Shown here: positions 56,706-64,000 of the stretch, piece by piece
Layout: each line of letters opens with the position of its first letter
How positions within the stretch are numbered: position 1 is the stretch's first letter
Position numbers and translations under genes: made by a program
Notes under the pieces: generated by a model
The model's database searches: none
What the model was told of the DNA's origin: nothing
The model's input: the letters and a program-made list of their open reading frames with translations, nothing else
Assembly: GCA_964016885.1 (NCBI GenBank)
Contig: OZ024743.1
Span: forward strand, 133,052,001 to 133,116,000
DNA: 64,000 nt
Reading direction: 5' to 3'
Source of the DNA: Eledone cirrhosa
Taxonomy: Eukaryota

Positions 56706-59700
56706 CACCAAGCACCAAACCCCAAGCACCAAACACCAAGCACAAAACACCAAGCACCAAGCACCAAACACCAAACACCAAGCACCAAGCACCAGAGACC
56801 AAGCACCAAGCACCAAGGACCAAACACCAAACACCAAACACCAGGCACAAAGCACCAAACACCAAGCACCAAGCACCAAACACCAAAGACCAAGCACAAA
56901 GCACCAAAGAGCAAAAACAAAGCACCAAGCACCAAACACCAAACACCAAACACCAAACAGCAAACACCAAACACCAAATAGCAAAAACCAAAGAGCAAAC
57001 TCCAAGCACCAAACAGCAAACACAAAACACCAAACAGCAAACAGCAAACAGCAAACTCCAAACACCAAACACCAAGCACCAAGCACCAAATCCCAAGCAC
57101 CAAACACCAAGCACCAATCACCAAACACCAAGCACCAAGCACCAAACACCAAACACCAAGCACCAAGTACCAAACACCAAACACCAAGCACCAAACACTA
57201 AACAGCAAACGCAAAAAAGCAAATGCCAAACCCCAAACGCCATACAGCAAACGCCCAGCACCAAACACCAAACACCAAGCGCCAAGCACCAAACACCAAA
57301 CACCAAGCACCAAGCACCAAACACCAAACACCAAGCACAAATCACCAAACACCAAACACCAAGCGCCAAACACCAAACACCAAACACCTAGCACCAAGCA
57401 CCAAGCACCAAACACCAAGCACCAAACACCAAGCACCAAGCACCAAGCACCAAGCACCAAGCACCAAGCACCAAACACCAATCACCAAGCCCCAAGCATC
57501 AAACACCAAGCACCCAGCTCCAAACACCAGACACCAAGCACCAAGCACCCAGAACAAAGCACCAAGCACCAAACACCAAACACCAAGCTCCAAGCACCAA
57601 ACACCAAACACCAAGCACCAAGCACCAAGCACCAAACACCAAACACCAAGCACCAAGCACCAAACACCAAACACCAAGCACCAATCACCAAACACCAAGC
57701 CCCAAGCGCCAAACACCAAACACCAAACACCTAAAACCAAGCACCAAGCACCGAACACCAAGCACCAAACACCAAGCACCAAGCACCAAGCACCAAGCAC
57801 CAAGCACCAAACACCAATCACCAAGCCCCAAGCACCAAACACCAAGCACCAAGCACCAAACACCAAACACCAAGCACCAAGCACCCAGAACCAAACAGCA
57901 AACACCAAACACCAAACACCAAACACCAAACAGCAAACACCAAACAGCAAACACCAAACAGCAAACAGCAAACAAACACCAAGCACCAAACACCAAGCAC
58001 CAAGCACCAAACAACAACACCAAGCACCAAGCACCAAACACCAAGCGCCAAGCACCAAACACCAAACACCAAGCTCCAAGCACCAAACACCATACACCAA
58101 GCACCAAGCACCAAACACCAATCACCAAGCACCAAGCACCAAACCCGAAGCACCAAACACCAAGCACCAATCACCAAACACCAAACACCCAGCACCAAGC
58201 ACCAAACACCAAGCACCAAGCACCAAGCACCAAACACCAAGCACCAAGTACCAAACACCAAACACCAAGCACCAAGTACCAAACACCAAACACCAAGCAC
58301 CAAGCACCAAACACCAAACACCAAGCACCAAGCACCAAACACCAAACACCAGGCTCCAAGCACAAAACACCAAGCACCAAGCACCAAGCAAGAAACACCA
58401 AACACCAAGCACCAAACACCAAGCACCAAGCCCCAAGCACCAAACACCAAGCACCAAGCACCAAACACCAAGCACCAAGCACCAAGCACCATGCACCAAA
58501 CACCAAGCACCAAGAACCAAACAGCAAACACCAAACAGCAAACACCAAACAGCAAACACCAAACAGCAAACACCAAACACCAAGCACCAAGCACCAAGGA
58601 CCAAACACCAAACACCAAACACCAGGCACAAAGCACCAAACACCAAGCACCAAGCACCAAAGACCAAACACCAAGCACCAAGCACGAAACACCAAGCACC
58701 AAGCACCGAGCACCAAACACCAAACACCAAACACCAAACACCAAACAGCAAACACCAAACACCAAATAGCAAAAACCAAAGAGCAAACTCCAAGCACCAA
58801 ACAGCAAACACAAAACACCAAACAGCAAACAGCAAACAGCAAACTCCAAACACCAAACACCAAGCACCAAGCACCAAATCCCAAGCACCAAACACCAAGC
58901 ACCAATCACCAAACACCAAGCACCAAGCACCAAACACCAAACACCAAGCACCAAGTACCAAACACCAAACACCAAGCACCAAACACTAAACAGCAAACGC
59001 AAAAAAGCAAATGCCAAACCCCAAACGCCAAACAGCAAACGCCCAGCACCAAACACCAAACACCAAGCGCCAAGCACCAAACACCAAACACCAAGCACCA
59101 AGCACCAAACACCAAACACCAAGCACAAATCACCAAACACCAAACACCAAGCGCCAAACACCAAACACCAAACACCTAGCACCAAGCACCAAGCACCAAA
59201 CACCAAGCACCAAACACCAAGCACCAAGCACCAAGCACCAAGCACCAAGCACCAAACACCAATCACCAAGCCCCAAGCATCAAACACCAAGCACCCAGCA
59301 CCAAACACCAGACACCAAGCACCAAGCACCCAGAACAAAGCACCAAGCACCAAACACCAAACACCAAGCTCCAAGCACCAAACACCAAACACCAAGCACC
59401 AAGCACCAATCACCAAACACCAAACACCAAGCACCAAGCACCAAACACCAAACACCAAGCACCAATCACCAAACACCAAGCCCCAAGCGCCAAACACCAA
59501 ACACCAAACACCTAGCACCAAGCACCAAGCACCGAACACCAAGCACCAAACACCAAGCACCAAGCACCAAGCACCAAGCACCAAGCACCAAACACAAATC
59601 ACCAAGCCCCAAGCACCAAACACCAAGCACCAAGCACCAAACACCAAACACCAAGCCCCAAGCACCCAGAACCAAACAGCAAACACCAAACACCAAACAC

Positions 59701-61138
59701 CAAACACCAAACAGCAAACACCAAACAGCAAACACCAAACAGCAAACAGCAAACAAACACCAAGCACCAAAGACCAAGCACCAAGCACCAAACAACAACA
59801 CCAAGCACCAAGCACCAAACACCAAGCGCCAAGCACCAAACACCAAACACCAAGCTCCAAGCACAAAACACCATACACCAAGCACCAAGCACCAAACACC
59901 AATCACCAAGCACCAAGCACCAAACCCCAAGCACCAAACACCAAGCACCAATCACCAAACACCAAACACCCAGCACCAAGCACCAAACACCAAGCACCAA
60001 GCACCAAGCACCAAACACCAAGCACCAAGTACCAAACACCAAACACCAAGCACCAAGTACCAAACACCAAACACCAAGCACCAAGCACCAAACACCAAAC
60101 ACCAAGCACCAAGCACCAAACACCAAACACCAGGCTCCAAGCACAAAACACCAAGCACCAAGCACCAAGCAACAAACACCAAACACCAAGCACCAAACAC
60201 CAAGCACCAAGCCCCAAGCACCAAACACCAAGCACCAAGCACCAAACACCAAGCACCAAGCACCAAGCACCATGCACCAAACACCAAGCATCAAGCACCA
60301 AACAGCAAACACCAAACAGCAAACACCAAACAGCAAACACCAAACAGCAAACACCAAACACCAAGCACCAAGCACCAAACACCATACGCCAAACACCAAA
60401 CACCAAGCACCAAGCACCAAACACCAAGCACCAAGCACCAAAGACCAAACACCAAGCACCAAGCACGAAACACCAAGCACCAAGCACCGAGCACCAAACA
60501 CCAAACACCAAACACCAAGCACCAAGCACCAAACACCAAACACCAAGAACCAAGCACCAAACACCAAATACCAAGCACCAAGCACTAAACACCAAACACC
60601 AAGCACCAACCACCAAGCACCAAGCACCAAGCACCAAGCACCAAACACAAAACACCAAGTACCAAGCACCAAGCACCAAACACCAAACACCAAACACCAA
60701 GCACCAAGCACCAAACACCAAACACCAAGCACCAAGCACCAGAGACCAAGCACCAAGCACCAAGGACCAAACACCAAACACCAAACACCAGGCACAAAGC
60801 ACCAAACACCAAGCACCATGCACCAAACACCAAACACCAAGCACAAAGCACCAAAGAGCAAAAACAAAGCACCAAGCACCAAACACCAAACACCAAACAC
60901 CAAACAGCAAACACCAAACACCAAATAGCAAACACCAAAGGGCAAACTCCAAACACCAAACAGCAAACACAAAACACCAAACAGCAAACAACAAACAGCA
61001 AACAGCAAACAGCAAACAGCAAACAGCAAACACCAAACACCAAGCACCAAGCACCAAGCACCAAACACCAACACCAAGCACCAAGCACCAAACACCAAGC
61101 ACCAAGCACCAAACACCAAACACCAAGCTCCAAGCACC

Positions 61139-61151
61139 AAAAAAAAAAAAA
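61139..61151 (+). other. A13 homopolymer (copy 3 of 4)
   Basis: Same flanks and length as 52363-52375. Confidence 0.95.
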
Positions 61152-62974
61152 CACCAAGCACCAAACCCCAAGCACCAAACACCAAGCACAAAACACCAAG
61201 CACCAAGCACCAAACACCAAACACCAAGCACCAAGCACCAGAGACCAAGCACCAAGCACCAAGGACCAAACACCAAACACCAAACACCAGGCACAAAGCA
61301 CCAAACACCAAGCACCAAGCACCAAACACCAAAGACCAAGCACAAAGCACCAAAGAGCAAAAACAAAGCACCAAGCACCAAACACCAAACACCAAACACC
61401 AAACAGCAAACACCAAACACCAAATAGCAAAAACCAAAGAGCAAACTCCAAGCGCCAAACAGCAAACACAAAACACCAAACAGCAAACAGCAAATAGCAA
61501 ACTCCAAACACCAAACACCAAGCACCAAGCACCAAATCCCAAGCACCAAACACCAAGCACCAATCACCAAACACCAAGCACCAAGCACCAAACACCAAAC
61601 ACCAAGCACCAAGTACCAAACACCAAACACCAAGCACCAAACACTAAACAGCAAACGCAAAAAAGCAAATGCCATACCCCAAACGCCATACAGCAAACGC
61701 CCAGCACCAAACACCAAACACCAAGCGCCAAGCACCAAACACCAAACACCAAGCACCAAGCACCAAACACCAAACACCAAGCACAAATCACCAAACACCA
61801 AACACCAAGCGCCAAACACCAAACACCAAACACCTAGCACCAAGCACCAAGCACCAAACACCAAGCGCCAAACACCAAGCACCAAGCACCAAGCACCAAG
61901 CACCAAGCACCAAGCACCAAACACCAATCACCAAGCCCCAAGCATCAAACACCAAGCACCCAGCACCAAACACCAGACACCAAGCACAAAGCACCCAGAA
62001 CAAAGCACCAAGCACCAAACACCAAACACCAAGCTCCAAGCACCAAACACCAAACACCAAGCACCAAGCACCAAGCACCAAACACCAAGCACCAAGCACC
62101 AAGCACCATGCACCAAACACCAAGCATCAAGCACCAAACAGCAAACACCAAACAGCAAACACCAAACAGCAAACACCAAACAGCAAACACCAAACACCAA
62201 GCACCAAGCACCAAACACCATACGCCAAACACCAAACACCAAGCACCAAGCACCAAACACCAAGCACCAAGCACCAAAGACCAAACACCAAGCACCAAGC
62301 ACGAAACACCAAGCACCAAGCACCGAGCACCAAACACCAAACACCAAACACCAAGCACCAAGCACCAAACACCAAACACCAAGAACCAAGCACCAAACAC
62401 CAAATACCAAGCACCAAGCACTAAACACCAAACACCAAGCACCAACCACCAAGCACCAAGCACCAAGCACCAAGCACCAAACACAAAACACCAAGTACCA
62501 AGCACCAAGCACCAAACACCAAACACCAAACACCAAGCACCAAGCACCAAACACCAAACACCAAGCACCAAGCACCAGAGACCAAGCACCAAGCACCAAG
62601 GACCAAACACCAAACACCAAACACCAGGCACAAAGCACCAAACACCAAGCACCAAGCACCAAACACCAAACACCAAGCACAAAGCACCAAAGAGCAAAAA
62701 CAAAGCACCAAGCACCAAACACCAAACACCAAACACCAAACAGCAAACACCAAACACCAAATAGCAAACACCAAAGGGCAAACTCCAAACACCAAACAGC
62801 AAACACAAAACACCAAACAGCAAACAACAAACAGCAAACAGCAAACAGCAAACAGCAAACAGCAAACACCAAACACCAAGCACCAAGCACCAAGCACCAA
62901 ACACCAACACCAAGCACCAAGCACCAAACACCAAGCACCAAGCACCAAACACCAAACACCAAGCTCCAAGCACC

Positions 62975-62987
62975 AAAAAAAAAAAAA
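62975..62987 (+). other. A13 homopolymer (copy 4 of 4)
   Basis: Same flanks and length as 52363-52375. Confidence 0.95.
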
Positions 62988-64000
62988 CACCAAGCACCAA
63001 ACCCCAAGCACCAAACACCAAGCACAAAACACCAAGCACCAAGCACCAAACACCAAACACCAAGCACCAAGCACCAGAGACCAAGCACCAAGCACCAAGG
63101 ACCAAACACCAAACACCAAACACCAGGCACAAAGCACCAAACACCAAGCACCAAGCACCAAACACCAAAGACCAAGCACAAAGCACCAAAGAGCAAAAAC
63201 AAAGCACCAAGCACCAAACACCAAACACCAAACACCAAACAGCAAACACCAAACACCAAATAGCAAAAACCAAAGAGCAAACTCCAAGCACCAAACAGCA
63301 AACACAAAACACCAAACAGCAAACAGCAAATAGCAAACTCCAAACACCAAACACCAAGCACCAAGCACCAAATCCCAAGCACCAAACACCAAGCACCAAT
63401 CACCAAACACCAAGCACCAAGCACCAAACACCAAACACCAAGCACCAAGTACCAAACACCAAACACCAAGCACCAAACACTAAACAGCAAACGCAAAAAA
63501 GCAAATGCCAAACCCCAAACGCCATACAGCAAACGCCCAGCACCAAACACCAAACACCAAGCGCCAAGCACCAAACACCAAACACCAAGCACCAAGCACC
63601 AAACACCAAACACCAAGCACAAATCACCAAACACCAAACACCAAGCGCCAAACACCAAACACCAAACACCTAGCACCAAGCACCAAGCACCAAACACCAA
63701 GCACCAAACACCAAGCACCAAGCACCAAGCACCAAGCACCAAGCACCAAGCACCAAACACCAATCACCAAGCCCCAAGCATCAAACACCACGCACCCAGC
63801 ACCAAACACCAGACACCAAGCACCAAGCACCCAGAACAAAGCACCAAGCACCAAACACCAAACACCAAGCTCCAAGCACCAAACACCAAACACCAAGCAC
63901 CAAGCACCAAGCACCAAACACCAAACACCAAGCACCAAGCACCAAACACCAAACACCAAGCACCAATCACCAAACACCAAGCCCCAAGCGCCAAACACCA

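Larger units (their letters stand above)
54230..62050. repeat. Higher-order repeat, ~4.45-4.53-kb period (second copy truncated by the 1836-bp duplication); related sequence at ~50.0-52.4 kb
   Basis: Offsets 4509 (54397 vs 58906; 54771 vs 59280), 4530 (55761 vs 60291), 4446 (57118 vs 61564; A13 at 56693 vs 61139). Confidence 0.85.
60230..63900. repeat. 1836-bp tandem duplication
   Basis: ORFs 60272..60928 vs 62108..62764, 60585..61640 vs 62421..63476 and 61564..61833 vs 63400..63669 match. A13 at 61139 and 62975. Confidence 0.9.
1..64000. repeat. Heptamer tandem satellite array, consensus (CACCAAR)n = (YTTGGTG)n, ~9,100 units, running off both window ends
   Basis: Every line parses as CACCAAG/CACCAAA or 1-2-substitution variants (CAGCAAA, CACCAAT, TACCAAG, CACTAAA, CATCAAG, CTCCAAG, CGCCAAA, CCCCAAG). 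The + strand is A/C-rich and T-poor throughout. No unique insert and no strand switch seen. Confidence 0.99.

Noticed and set aside
52363-62987. A13 tracts as tails of LINE/SINE insertions or as terminators
   Set aside because: There is no element body, hairpin or demonstrable target-site duplication, and the flanks are pure satellite. Kept only as a junction observation.
9-63998. Hundreds of ORFs, including 54152..57481 (1109 aa), 50977..53319 (780 aa) and 57223..58989 (588 aa)
   Set aside because: They are translations of the heptamer. The same peptide appears in all frames, starts and stops coincide with sporadic point variants, HOR copies differ by 7-bp (frame-breaking) indels, and there is no domain, signal or unique terminus.
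1-64000. Direct product of telomerase or a repeat-synthesising reverse transcriptase (rolling cDNA concatemer)
   Set aside because: De novo synthesis would not reproduce rare-variant strings over 3-8 kb. No RT gene or template RNA is in the window and no chromosome end is visible. An ancestral telomeric origin stays open.
1-64000. G-quadruplex or hairpin-forming array
   Set aside because: The minus strand has only GG doublets with 5-nt loops (isolated GGGG in CCCCAAR variants), giving at best weak two-tier G4. The scarcity of T and G on the + strand precludes meaningful inverted repeats.
1-64000. Pure sequencing or simulation artefact
   Set aside because: Substitution-dominated variants, a conserved phase and near-identical long copies with private differences (e.g. 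~9218 AAGCACAAAA vs ~13128 AAGTACAAAA) look biological. Individual HOR copy numbers could still be mis-assembled and need read support.

Overview
The whole 64-kb window is one uninterrupted, single-orientation tandem array of a 7-bp unit, consensus CACCAAR (CACCAAG/CACCAAA; minus strand YTTGGTG), about 9,100 units by length/7. I find no credible gene, RNA gene, CRISPR array or mobile element. All listed ORFs are the expected translation of a stop-poor heptamer (KHQAPST on +, WCLVLGA on -). The array is not homogeneous. Rare unit variants act as markers and reveal (i) nested higher-order repeats of ~0.2, 0.36, 0.84, 1.19, 1.84, 3.0, 3.9, 4.5, 7.8 and 8.5 kb; (ii) recurrent sub-satellite islands (CAGCAAA-rich and YGCCAAA/CCCCAAA-rich); (iii) a central domain (~7.8-46 kb) carrying a diagnostic AGCGCT cassette, lying between two flanks that share their own markers; and (iv) four identical A13 tracts at what appears to be a deletion junction. 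This is most consistent with eukaryotic-type satellite or (sub)telomeric heterochromatin, but organism and function cannot be determined from the window. HOR offsets were derived by hand from matching ORF-track entries and marker motifs, so boundaries are approximate.
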